The notes below the pieces were generated by a model that saw nothing but the letters and a program-made list of their open reading frames with translations, did no database searches and was not told where the DNA came from. Source: Fimbriimonadales bacterium (lineage in GTDB: Bacteria; Armatimonadota; Fimbriimonadia; Fimbriimonadales; ATM1). From it: DNA of 64,000 nucleotides. The translations under genes were made by a program, and so were the position numbers. The stretch spans positions 63,793 through 127,792 of the forward strand of contig JBGTLG010000030.1 in assembly GCA_041744215.1 (NCBI GenBank), given 5' to 3'. Below, one piece after another: positions 8,341-16,819 of this stretch (position 1 is its first letter; every line of letters begins with the position of its first letter).

Positions 8341-9704
8341 GCCTGTTCGGCACCGATGGGGTCCGTGGCGTCGCAAACGTACAATTGACTCCCGACTTCG
8401 CTCTGCGCCTTGGTTCGGCAGCCGGAACGTGGTGTCGGCAGACGAACGGAAGTCGCGTGGTGATCGGCATGGACACGCGCCGGAGCGGCTCAATGCTTTC
8501 CTCGGCGCTTGGGGCTGGTTTCTGTTCTGCTGGGATCAACGTCACCACGCTCGGCGTCGCGCCTACTCCAACTGTCTCTTTTGCTGCCCGTTGTGGGGGA
8601 TACGATCTAGCTGCAGTCGTTTCTGCGAGTCACAACCCTGCTGAAGACAATGGGATCAAGTTTCTGGGACCTGATGGAGGCAAACTTTCAATTGACGACG
8701 AGCGCGAAATTGAGCGGCTGGTCGGTGCTCCAACTTCAGCGACTGGAGCCGCAATAGGCAACATCGAAGCCGACGCTTCCTGGGCTGATCGATATGCGCT
8801 GTGGCTGTCCGAGCATTTGCCAGGTCGGCTTGACGGCCTAAGAGTAGCGGTGGACTGCGCTAACGGTGCAGCATATGCTGTCGCGCCGAAACTATTGGGG
8901 GGACTCGGTGCGCAGGTGAGCTGTGTGGGAACGCAACCAGATGGCGACAACATAAACGCAAGCTGTGGCGCCACGCATCCAAACGTGGTTTCGGAATTGA
9001 CCCTCGCAAATAGTTGCGATATCGGCGTCTCGTTCGACGGCGACGCGGACCGCTGCGTGTTCTGTGATGAGGCCGGACGTCTCATCAATGGCGACCGGTT
9101 TATGGCCTATTGGGCCCTTGACGCGCTAAAGAATGAACGCCTTGAGCCCCCGGTCGTGGTGGGAACCGTGATGAGCAACATGGGCTTTGAAGCGGCGCTG
9201 ACCTCACACGGAGTACGGTTCGAACGAACGTCGGTTGGCGATCGAAATGTAGCAGCACGGATGGATGAACTATCAGCAAAGATTGGTGGTGAGCAAAGCG
9301 GACATATAATTTTGCGTGAGTTTGCACCCACGGGTGACGGGATGTTGACGATGATCGAGATGCTTCGTTTGCTACAGGCAGCTGGCTGTAAGGCATCAGA
9401 GTTGGAACCTCGCTTCGAGAACTGGCCGCAGGTGATGGTCAATGTTCATGTTGACGCGACCGACGCGTGGGAGAAGGACGCCAACGTCAGCGACTCAATC
9501 CAAGCGGCTAGACGAAAGCTCGGCGAAAACGGACGAATTGTGGTGAGGGCAAGCGGTACGCAACCGATGGTCAGAGTGATGGTTGAGGCTACAAGCTCTA
9601 AAGACCGGGACGAAGCCCTGGAGCTTATTGTGGACACCCTCGCGCGCGAGCTCGGCGGAAAACCGGGAAGGAGGATCGAGCTTACTCATGCTCTTGGCGA
9701 TTGA
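8337..9704 (+). CDS. glmM: Phosphoglucosamine mutase GlmM
   Basis: Contains FGTDGVRG, the active-site loop SASHNPAEDNGIKF, the metal loop FDGDADRC and GEQSGHI. Confidence 0.93.
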   Translation: MSLFGTDGVRGVANVQLTPDFALRLGSAAGTWCRQTNGSRVVIGMDTRRSGSMLSSALGAGFCSAGINVTTLGVAPTPTVSFAARCGGYDLAAVVSASHNPAEDNGIKFLGPDGGKLSIDDEREIERLVGAPTSATGAAIGNIEADASWADRYALWLSEHLPGRLDGLRVAVDCANGAAYAVAPKLLGGLGAQVSCVGTQPDGDNINASCGATHPNVVSELTLANSCDIGVSFDGDADRCVFCDEAGRLINGDRFMAYWALDALKNERLEPPVVVGTVMSNMGFEAALTSHGVRFERTSVGDRNVAARMDELSAKIGGEQSGHIILREFAPTGDGMLTMIEMLRLLQAAGCKASELEPRFENWPQVMVNVHVDATDAWEKDANVSDSIQAARRKLGENGRIVVRASGTQPMVRVMVEATSSKDRDEALELIVDTLARELGGKPGRRIELTHALGD

Positions 9705-10449
9705 TGTTGGCAACACGCATACGGTTGTCGGAAGATTTGATGGCGCCAACTGGTCATCGGTCTGGAGGCTCCCCACGCAGGCGGAACTGACTGAAGACTT
9801 TCTCGCGGCTACATACTTTTCACTTTGCCGCGAGAGTGGACTTGACCCAATTCCCAAAGCAGCCATTTGCGCGAGTGTCGTCCCCGCGCTAAACGAACCA
9901 CTGCGCCTCTTTGCAGAACGACATTTACACACGTCAATGGTGTTCGTCGCATTTGATACCATCTCAGATCTCGTTGTTAACTACCGCCCGCCCTCTGCAG
10001 TTGGCGCTGACAGGATCGCGAATGCAGTATCTGCGCTTCGTAAGTATGGTGCGCCTTGCATCATCGTTGACTTTGGAACCGCAACCACGTTTGACGTCAT
10101 TTCAGCCAAAGGCGCTTATGAAGGGGGCACCATTCTCCCCGGTGTTGAGTTGTCGCTGGGCGCACTCTCATCTCGCGCCGCAAAGTTACCAACAGTGGAA
10201 CTCACTGCGCCCGTTTCGGTGATCGGTCGGGACACAGTGAGCAGCATACAGTCAGGCTTCATATACGGCTACGCTGGCGCGATAGACAGTCTCGCAACTC
10301 GCATCCGTGCTGAGCTTGGCGCCGATGCCAAAGTCATTGCGACAGGCGGCTTAGCGGCAATGTTTTCAAAGCACTGCGCGATGATTGATGCGGTGGACAC
10401 TAATCTTACGTTAGATGGCCTTCGCTTCATCGCAGAGACGCTGCCCTAA
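9688..10449 (+). CDS. coaX: Type III pantothenate kinase CoaX
   Basis: Begins MLLAIDVGNTHTVVG and contains GADRIANAV and DFGTATTFD. ATG 9688 is preceded by GGAAGGAGGA and overlaps the glmM 3' end. Confidence 0.9.
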   Translation: MLLAIDVGNTHTVVGRFDGANWSSVWRLPTQAELTEDFLAATYFSLCRESGLDPIPKAAICASVVPALNEPLRLFAERHLHTSMVFVAFDTISDLVVNYRPPSAVGADRIANAVSALRKYGAPCIIVDFGTATTFDVISAKGAYEGGTILPGVELSLGALSSRAAKLPTVELTAPVSVIGRDTVSSIQSGFIYGYAGAIDSLATRIRAELGADAKVIATGGLAAMFSKHCAMIDAVDTNLTLDGLRFIAETLP

Positions 10450-11300
10450 TGATCTGGTTGGCATATTCCTGTTAGTATTTCGCGGACCCCATCCCGTCCA
10501 CTTCTTTTGCTTCTTCCGGCAAGATAGGCACACCCCATGCTGAATTGGACACCGCTCTCGCCGCTATATCGAATTGCCTTAGCCACTTTCCCTGCGAGAA
10601 TCCAATCCGCATACTCCTCGGCCCTATCTCCGGCCAGTATTACTTGCGCAGCTTCTCGCACAACCGTGTTGATAGGTTGGAGTAGCAGGCGGTCTGAATA
10701 GTCTACCGTTGCTTCGAGATCGTAAAGGTACACAACATCTCGAAGAATGGTGCTCGCTGTTTTCGGGCCCAACGTTCGAATCTGCACAAGCCTATCGAAT
10801 GCTGATTCGCATCGGTGCGTTTCGCTAATCTCGTTGCGTAACCACTCAACAATGTTGGCGTGGCCGAACTCCTCGTGAATCTCAAAGCCGAGGCCAGCTA
10901 TACCTTCTATCACCGGTCTATTCGACTGCTCTAGGCTTCGTCTGCCTTCGTCCGCACAGATTTCTTCATAGCTCAACCATAACGACTCCGAGTCACAAGA
11001 CGCCATGAACTCCATGAAGTCGCTTCCTTCTATGGTGCGATCGAGCGCACGCAGCATCATTCTTGACAAGACATCTCTGTCTTGCCCGCGTCGAAAGATA
11101 GCATAGTGGCCAAGCAACAACCGTAACGCGTTTTCAGGGGAAATCAATGCTTCGCGCACCGCCCCAGGGGTCAGTGCGTGCGCACGCACTACCCGTGAAG
11201 CCGTGGGAATCAGTATTTCTGACGCGTACTTATCAGCCGGCCAACTCGCGAGTGTTTGAATCAGTCGTTTCGCGCGCGAATCAAGTATGCCAGGCTGCAC
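10446..11300 (-). CDS. Hypothetical cytosolic protein with helix-hairpin-helix (HhH-GPD-like) segment
   Basis: LVQIRTLGPKTASTILRDVV followed by LLLQPINTVVREAAQ resembles the HhH plus VDTH region of EndoIII/Ogg-type glycosylases. The GTG start lies 9 nt after the stop of the upstream gene and is preceded by GGAG. The assignment rests on motif resemblance only. Confidence 0.45.
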   Translation of the reverse strand: MQPGILDSRAKRLIQTLASWPADKYASEILIPTASRVVRAHALTPGAVREALISPENALRLLLGHYAIFRRGQDRDVLSRMMLRALDRTIEGSDFMEFMASCDSESLWLSYEEICADEGRRSLEQSNRPVIEGIAGLGFEIHEEFGHANIVEWLRNEISETHRCESAFDRLVQIRTLGPKTASTILRDVVYLYDLEATVDYSDRLLLQPINTVVREAAQVILAGDRAEEYADWILAGKVAKAIRYSGESGVQFSMGCAYLAGRSKRSGRDGVREILTGICQPDH

Positions 11301-11309
11301 TTACTCCAA

Positions 11310-12584
11310 TCAGAACCTCGATGTGCTTGCCAAACCAACATAGATTGGCAGCGTCGGAGTTTGCGAACCGCCTCCCGCCGCCCCTCGTCGGACGACATCA
11401 AAGACCATCCAAGCAAACTCCCCAATGGCGATTCGATTGTTACGCATCTGCGCAAGCGTGTTCACAAAGCCAACAGTATAGGCGCCATGAACACTGTTCT
11501 CATGCACTGTGGAGTTGCACGTTTCGCCAGGAGCCGCGCCCATAGATTGAGCAATCTTTCCTACCTGCGGGATGTCGCCACCAAAAACTCGACCGTCAGG
11601 GTTGAGCTTCCGATCCACCTGATAAAATGTAAAGATGTTCGCCCCCTTCGGAACGAACTGAGCGTATAGGTCGTGCTTCGAGGCCCAGCCACCATCTGCA
11701 AACCCAACTCGATCACGACCGCTTTCGTCATTCTGCACGGGTCCTGTGTAGTAAATCAGGACTGTTCCCCCGTCGGGCATGGCGTCTGCAAGAGTCTTTG
11801 CAGCAGTAGAGAACTGCGCGCTTGTAGGATTCTTTAGTGTCGTGACATTCTCTTCTGCGTAACCTGCATGCCGGACGAGTGCGTCCTTAAGCAAGTCAAC
11901 ATCAGCTGTGGCATACGCATGGCTGCCTTCACCAACGCCGATGATTAAGGCGAATTTGTAATCCAGCGCGGGAACGATGCCGAAGGGATTGTCAAGACCC
12001 GGAAGCGCCATTCCGACCGTGTCAATGTTTCCCGTCCCTCGCAGGACTCCGCTGAGAACTCTCATGTCCTCGTAATCAATCACGTCTCGGTCAACCTTGA
12101 ATGATCGAGCAGGATCGATTTGTTGGAGCCTCTCCTGAACCACAGCGGCTTCTTGCGCTCGGTTGTCGGCCGCAAGCGCCGCTGCCAAAAAGAGCATCGA
12201 TTCGATACTCTCCTGACCCTTTGCGGTGAGACTACGGAACTCTTCAATCGACTTAGCCAGAAGATCTTTCCGCTCCGTCGGGTTTGCTGCGTTTGCTGCC
12301 ATTTTGAATGCGCTATAGGCTGCCGCAAAGTTTGGTGAGTAGGCTGCCCCGTCTCTCCATGGGCGTCTGTTGGTGATACTTGTGCCGATCTGGCTGGGGC
12401 GATCGGAGTCGGCGGCTCTGTCACTTATTGCGTCGAGGAAAAACTGGCGCGCGCCAGCCCAGTTGCTTTTTCGCGACTCCGCGAGGCCCTTCTCATATGC
12501 GACGCTCCACTTGTCTGCGAGAGCCGTCGAAGCAAGAATTGTGCCGAGGAAAACCAGAGTTATCGTTAGTGACCGTCTTGACAT
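11310..12584 (-). CDS. Secreted TPR-like plus caspase-fold (clan CD / CHAT-like architecture) protein, apparently lacking the catalytic dyad
   Basis: The signal peptide is MSRRSLTITLVFLGTILASTALA. The N-terminal half is helical-repeat. The C-terminal half matches the caspase p20 pattern (KFALIIGVG..DVDLLKDALVRHAGYAEENVTTLKNPTSAQF..DGGTVLIYYTG..ANIFTFYQVD). AGGGAG precedes the ATG. Confidence 0.6.
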   Translation of the reverse strand: MSRRSLTITLVFLGTILASTALADKWSVAYEKGLAESRKSNWAGARQFFLDAISDRAADSDRPSQIGTSITNRRPWRDGAAYSPNFAAAYSAFKMAANAANPTERKDLLAKSIEEFRSLTAKGQESIESMLFLAAALAADNRAQEAAVVQERLQQIDPARSFKVDRDVIDYEDMRVLSGVLRGTGNIDTVGMALPGLDNPFGIVPALDYKFALIIGVGEGSHAYATADVDLLKDALVRHAGYAEENVTTLKNPTSAQFSTAAKTLADAMPDGGTVLIYYTGPVQNDESGRDRVGFADGGWASKHDLYAQFVPKGANIFTFYQVDRKLNPDGRVFGGDIPQVGKIAQSMGAAPGETCNSTVHENSVHGAYTVGFVNTLAQMRNNRIAIGEFAWMVFDVVRRGAAGGGSQTPTLPIYVGLASTSRF

Positions 12585-12590
12585 ATCGCT

Positions 12591-13727
12591 TTATCTCCCT
12601 CCAAGCAAGAAAGACATTGAAACCGTGAAGTCTGGTCGGCCCTGTCCACTGGCAGCGGCAAATCCCAAATCGACAGAGTAGTCTTCTTTGGTGGGCCTGT
12701 AACCCAGGCCAAATGTTAGGACATCTCGGCTTGCGAAGTTGGTACCGCCCTTGTCTGTGATTCGGAAACCGAGGCGGACAGGGATGTAGCCAAAACCATG
12801 CGCCCAGTTGTACTCAAAGCCCAGGCCTGCTGCGATCTGACTACTTCGCGACAGGATCTTTCCCCCGTTCGCTGGAAAGAAATACATCGCATCGACTCCG
12901 CCTATCAAGTAGTCGCGGCCGCCCCTCAAGTTGTCGGCACGCCAGACGACGCCTCCCTGCAGCCGAGCCGGAATTGCGCTCGCGAAAGCGTCCACTTCAC
13001 CCATACCCATGAGTCTTATCTCGCTACGATAGCTAAACCCAAACTGGACGTTCGACTTTTCTTGGGGCGCGAACTGTACACCAACGATCCCACCGATGCC
13101 CCAACCGCTACCGCTGACATCGACATCTTCTAGAACGGTGTTGTTTTGATCTTGGGAGAACACTCGATTCGAGATCGCTTGATTCGCGATAACAATCCCG
13201 CCACCGAAGTTAACACGACCGTTGCTCTTGCCGTATGCGATCGTGAAGAAGTCAGTGGAGGACCTCAGGAGTTCGTTCTTCGTGATGGTTTGACCAGGAT
13301 TATCCGGGTTGGTCAGGTTGCTGCCGCTGCCAAAATCGCGGAGGTGTCCGCCCAGCGCGTAGCTGACGCCAAGCGTGCCGCCCGCCATCGGCATTACGAT
13401 GCCCGCAAACGTGATTCCGGATCCGCCATAAGCACTTGTCGATGATCGATCCGGTGCGTCATAACGCCCCGTGAGCGACGTTGTAGCGTCCGGCCGGTTT
13501 CTAAAGTTGATCTCTGCACGGGAGTCCTTAATCGCGCCGAGTCCCGCGGGGTTCCAGAATGTGGAACTGACGTCGGAAGAGTTTGAGTAGATCGCCCCAC
13601 CCATACCGAGGGCTCGTCCTCCCATCTCAAAAGCAGTGAACAAGTCAGGTACGTCGGCAAAGGCGACGCCGGTCAATGTCGCAACGACTGCAACCGATGC
13701 CGGTCGCTTCCATGCATGAGTTTTCAT
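12591..13727 (-). CDS. FadL/PorV-like outer-membrane beta-barrel protein
   Basis: Has a signal peptide, then the N-terminal motif GGRALGMGGA..SSTFWNPAGLG typical of the FadL/PorV/UPF0164-type barrels. Alternating Gly/aromatic beta-strand patterns continue throughout, and the C-terminus is hydrophobic (VSMSFLLGGR). Confidence 0.65.
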   Translation of the reverse strand: MKTHAWKRPASVAVVATLTGVAFADVPDLFTAFEMGGRALGMGGAIYSNSSDVSSTFWNPAGLGAIKDSRAEINFRNRPDATTSLTGRYDAPDRSSTSAYGGSGITFAGIVMPMAGGTLGVSYALGGHLRDFGSGSNLTNPDNPGQTITKNELLRSSTDFFTIAYGKSNGRVNFGGGIVIANQAISNRVFSQDQNNTVLEDVDVSGSGWGIGGIVGVQFAPQEKSNVQFGFSYRSEIRLMGMGEVDAFASAIPARLQGGVVWRADNLRGGRDYLIGGVDAMYFFPANGGKILSRSSQIAAGLGFEYNWAHGFGYIPVRLGFRITDKGGTNFASRDVLTFGLGYRPTKEDYSVDLGFAAASGQGRPDFTVSMSFLLGGR

Positions 13728-13766
13728 CCTCTTAGTTTTTCCTTCCCTGAGATTGATGTGATTGAC

Positions 13767-14789
13767 TTATCGCAACCATGGTAGCAATGGCCGCGACGTG
13801 CTACGCGCGCGGCTGGTGGTCAGAGGGACTTCCTGCGTAGTGGCCGGGTTGCCAGCCTTATCCACACAAGAGATCACCAATTTGAAATCAGTAACGCCTC
13901 CAGGCAATATCACTCTGACGAGACCCGTCCACCGCGAAGTTGTCGTGTTTCGCTCTGTGTAGCTAATGCGACTCACACGTTTTATGAACTGTCCGCCCAT
14001 CGTCCGCAACTCGACGATGATCGCACCGATGTCAACGGAGTCAGGTGCTGAGTCGATAACGTCGAACGAGACTCCCATCTGACCATTGGGAACAACCAGT
14101 TGATTCGCTCGTGGGAACAGCACAAGGAGCTCCGGTGAAGCACGATCCAAGATGACCTTTATCTCTTTCGTTTCCGAGTTTCCAGCGAGGTCCTTAGCAG
14201 TAATCTTGATTGTTTGTTCGCCGTCTTGCTCAATGTTCGATGGATCCCAGATTACGGACACGTTGTTCCCGCCACCAGTATTGTTGGGGATGTCCTCGTC
14301 ATTGACCGTCACGCGCCACTCTTCCATGTTCAATTCTTGGATGAGTGCGGTTATCGTCAGAGGGCTGGCATTGATGAATGAGTTGGTTGCAGGCGAGAAG
14401 TCGACAATTTCGGGTTTGCTGGTGTCCAGCGTCACTTGCAGTGTGATGGGCGGTAACGGCGTGCCTCCATGGGTGGAGGTTATCGTGACGTCATAAAGTC
14501 CCTCGGGGAATGAAGTGCCGGGATTCCAAGTGGCAGAACCCTCGCCATTACCCTCTGCATTTGGCTCAATCTGAACCACAGGCAGGGTAGTAGATGGGTT
14601 GCCCCCCGGATTCTTCTCGATTTTGACCGTAACGCGAACTTGCTGGCTTGCTCCGGTCACGCGGAGGCGGAAAGTGTTAGACGTGCCAACGAATTCACCG
14701 TCGATCGGGCTGGTCAACGTCAAGGTCTGAGCGAATCCCGACGCAGTGAAGGCGGCTAAGACCATAGTTAAAAGCAATTTTCTGATCAT
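13767..14789 (-). CDS. Secreted protein with about three bacterial Ig-like domains
   Basis: The start was trimmed to ATG 14789 (MIRKLLLTMVLAAFTASGFAQ signal peptide, AAGGTGA upstream). Domain boundaries repeat in the style VTLDTSKPEIV and VILDRASPELLV, and composition is beta-rich. Confidence 0.6.
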   Translation of the reverse strand: MIRKLLLTMVLAAFTASGFAQTLTLTSPIDGEFVGTSNTFRLRVTGASQQVRVTVKIEKNPGGNPSTTLPVVQIEPNAEGNGEGSATWNPGTSFPEGLYDVTITSTHGGTPLPPITLQVTLDTSKPEIVDFSPATNSFINASPLTITALIQELNMEEWRVTVNDEDIPNNTGGGNNVSVIWDPSNIEQDGEQTIKITAKDLAGNSETKEIKVILDRASPELLVLFPRANQLVVPNGQMGVSFDVIDSAPDSVDIGAIIVELRTMGGQFIKRVSRISYTERNTTTSRWTGLVRVILPGGVTDFKLVISCVDKAGNPATTQEVPLTTSRARSTSRPLLPWLR

Positions 14790-14854
14790 CTGATTCACCT
14801 TGAGCCCCGACCGCAGGGGCGCCTCTGTATACGCCAAAAGCGTCCAGTTCTCTA

Positions 14855-15688
14855 CTATGGACGGACAGCGGCGCGGTTTGATTGTTCCGAATTATGCACC
14901 AAGAAGCGCACAAACTCGTGGACTCCCCCGGAATCGTGCCGGGCTACGATCCGATCTGCCTCAGCCTGAACCTCGGGCGGGGCGTTCGCCACGGCCGCCG
15001 AGAACGCTGCCCAGCGGAGCATGGGGATGTCATTGTGGTAGTCCCCGATCGCGGCCGTTTGGCTCCTCAGAACCCCGAGATGCCCTGCTACAGCCGCCAA
15101 ACCCGTGCCCTTGTCGGAGGAGGACCCGATCAGCTCAAGGTACTCGGGCTCGGATCGAACCACAGAAACCCCTTTATCAGCAAAGATGGCAGCTGCCTCC
15201 AGCGATAGATCTTTTGCCTGAGAAGGTGCGGCCATGGCAATGACCTTGTGAGCGGAGGAAGCCAGCATCTCCTCACGCGTGGCGACCCGATGCTCGGCGC
15301 GACGCACCCGCCCAAGGTAGATCTCTGTCCAAGCGTTCGACTCCGGTATGAGAATCTCGTTGTCTTTATAAATGTGGGCGTGGACCCCGTTGTCCCAAAA
15401 GAAGCGAAGTGCTCGCTGGACGATAGCTGCCGGAAGGCGCGATTCGGTTATCACGCGACCGTACCTAGAGACTACGTACGCTCCGTTACACGAGATCAGA
15501 GGAGTATCCAACCCAAGTTCCTCCGCGTACTGGAGCATTCCACTAGCAACTCGTCCGCTCGCCAGCACGACTTGGATGCCGGCGGCTAGGGCGATGTTCA
15601 CCGCTTCAGCAGAGTCTGGTGGGATCGATCGGTCAGAGTCAAGGAGCGTGAAATCAAGATCGACGGCGAGCAAGCGAACTGCGGACAC
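14855..15688 (-). CDS. Cof-type HAD-IIB phosphatase
   Basis: HAD motif I is LLAVDLDFTLLD and motif IV is IGDYHNDIPMLRWA. The GTG start at 15688 overlaps the TAG stop of the upstream aminotransferase by 1 nt. The longer track ORF would overlap that gene by about 110 nt. Confidence 0.8.
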   Translation of the reverse strand: MSAVRLLAVDLDFTLLDSDRSIPPDSAEAVNIALAAGIQVVLASGRVASGMLQYAEELGLDTPLISCNGAYVVSRYGRVITESRLPAAIVQRALRFFWDNGVHAHIYKDNEILIPESNAWTEIYLGRVRRAEHRVATREEMLASSAHKVIAMAAPSQAKDLSLEAAAIFADKGVSVVRSEPEYLELIGSSSDKGTGLAAVAGHLGVLRSQTAAIGDYHNDIPMLRWAAFSAAVANAPPEVQAEADRIVARHDSGGVHEFVRFLVHNSEQSNRAAVRP

Positions 15689-16809
15689 TAAACGGTTGCA
15701 CGCTCTTCGGCAAAGTGCATCGCGACGTCGGCTGCGTATTCGACCTGTTCCGTTGTTAGATGAGCCTGAATCGGCAGTGAAAGGACCTCCTTGCACGCAC
15801 GCTCGGATTCTGGGAAGTCCCCTTCACGATAGCCCAGGTAAGTGTACGCTGGTTGAACATGCAAAGGCATCGGGTAGTACACAGCTGACGCAACTCCGTG
15901 CTCGCGCAGATATGCCATGAATGCGTCCCGATTCGAATGCCTGACCGTGTACTGGTGGTAGGTATGGTAGGTCGTTTTCGGCTGTACTCTCGGAGTCCGT
16001 ATCTGAGAGTCTTCAAGCCGCTTGCTGTAAATGTCTGCATGCGCGTTGCGTAACTCATTCCATTGCGCCAGCTTCTGGAACTTGCACCTTAGGACTGCCG
16101 CTTGAATTTCGTCGAGCCTGCTCGTGTGCCCGATATAGTCATAGTGATACTGTTGTCGTCCCATTCCATGGACGCGCAAACTCCTCGCCCTCTCTGCGAC
16201 GCCATCGTCATTGGTGATTAGCATTCCAGCGTCACCTGCCGCACCCAAATTCTTTGTCGGAAAGAAACTCAAAGCAGCGGCTCTACCCCAAGATCCACAC
16301 GGCAGTCTGTTGCGTGTGCTGCCAATCGCCTGGGCGGCATCTTCCAACACCGAGAGGTTATTGTTCGCAGCGATCTCCATAATCGCTTCCATTTCGGCCA
16401 TTTGTCCAAAGAGATGGATCGGCAGAATAGCTTTCGTCTTGCCTGTGATCGCACCTTTTAGGCGACTCACGTCCATGTTGAATGTGTGCGGATCGATATC
16501 AACGAACACCGGGCGGCCGCCGTTCTGAATGATGGCCTCAATTGTCGCCACAAACGTGAATGGCGTCGTAATCACCTCGTCGCCTGACTGAATGCCCATC
16601 GCCTGCAAGCCAATTTTTAGGGCATCAGTGCCACTATTCATGGCGACGCCGTACTTCACGCCGCAAGACGCGGCGATCTCCTCTTCCAAAAGCCGCACGT
16701 TGTCTGCAGATGCGTACATCCCGCTCTCAAGAACTCCGAGAACTGCAGCGTCGATTTCCTCTTTGAGTTCCTGATACTGTGATTTGAGGTCTACGAGTGG
16801 TACTTTCAC
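15688..16809 (-). CDS. DegT/DnrJ/EryC1/StrS-family PLP-dependent sugar aminotransferase
   Basis: VPLVDLKSQYQELKEEIDAAV and the rest are family-typical. The start was refined to GTG 16809, 6 nt after AAGGAG, which overlaps the upstream stop codon. Confidence 0.9.
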   Translation of the reverse strand: MKVPLVDLKSQYQELKEEIDAAVLGVLESGMYASADNVRLLEEEIAASCGVKYGVAMNSGTDALKIGLQAMGIQSGDEVITTPFTFVATIEAIIQNGGRPVFVDIDPHTFNMDVSRLKGAITGKTKAILPIHLFGQMAEMEAIMEIAANNNLSVLEDAAQAIGSTRNRLPCGSWGRAAALSFFPTKNLGAAGDAGMLITNDDGVAERARSLRVHGMGRQQYHYDYIGHTSRLDEIQAAVLRCKFQKLAQWNELRNAHADIYSKRLEDSQIRTPRVQPKTTYHTYHQYTVRHSNRDAFMAYLREHGVASAVYYPMPLHVQPAYTYLGYREGDFPESERACKEVLSLPIQAHLTTEQVEYAADVAMHFAEERATV

Positions 16810-16819
16810 TTTGGTCTCC

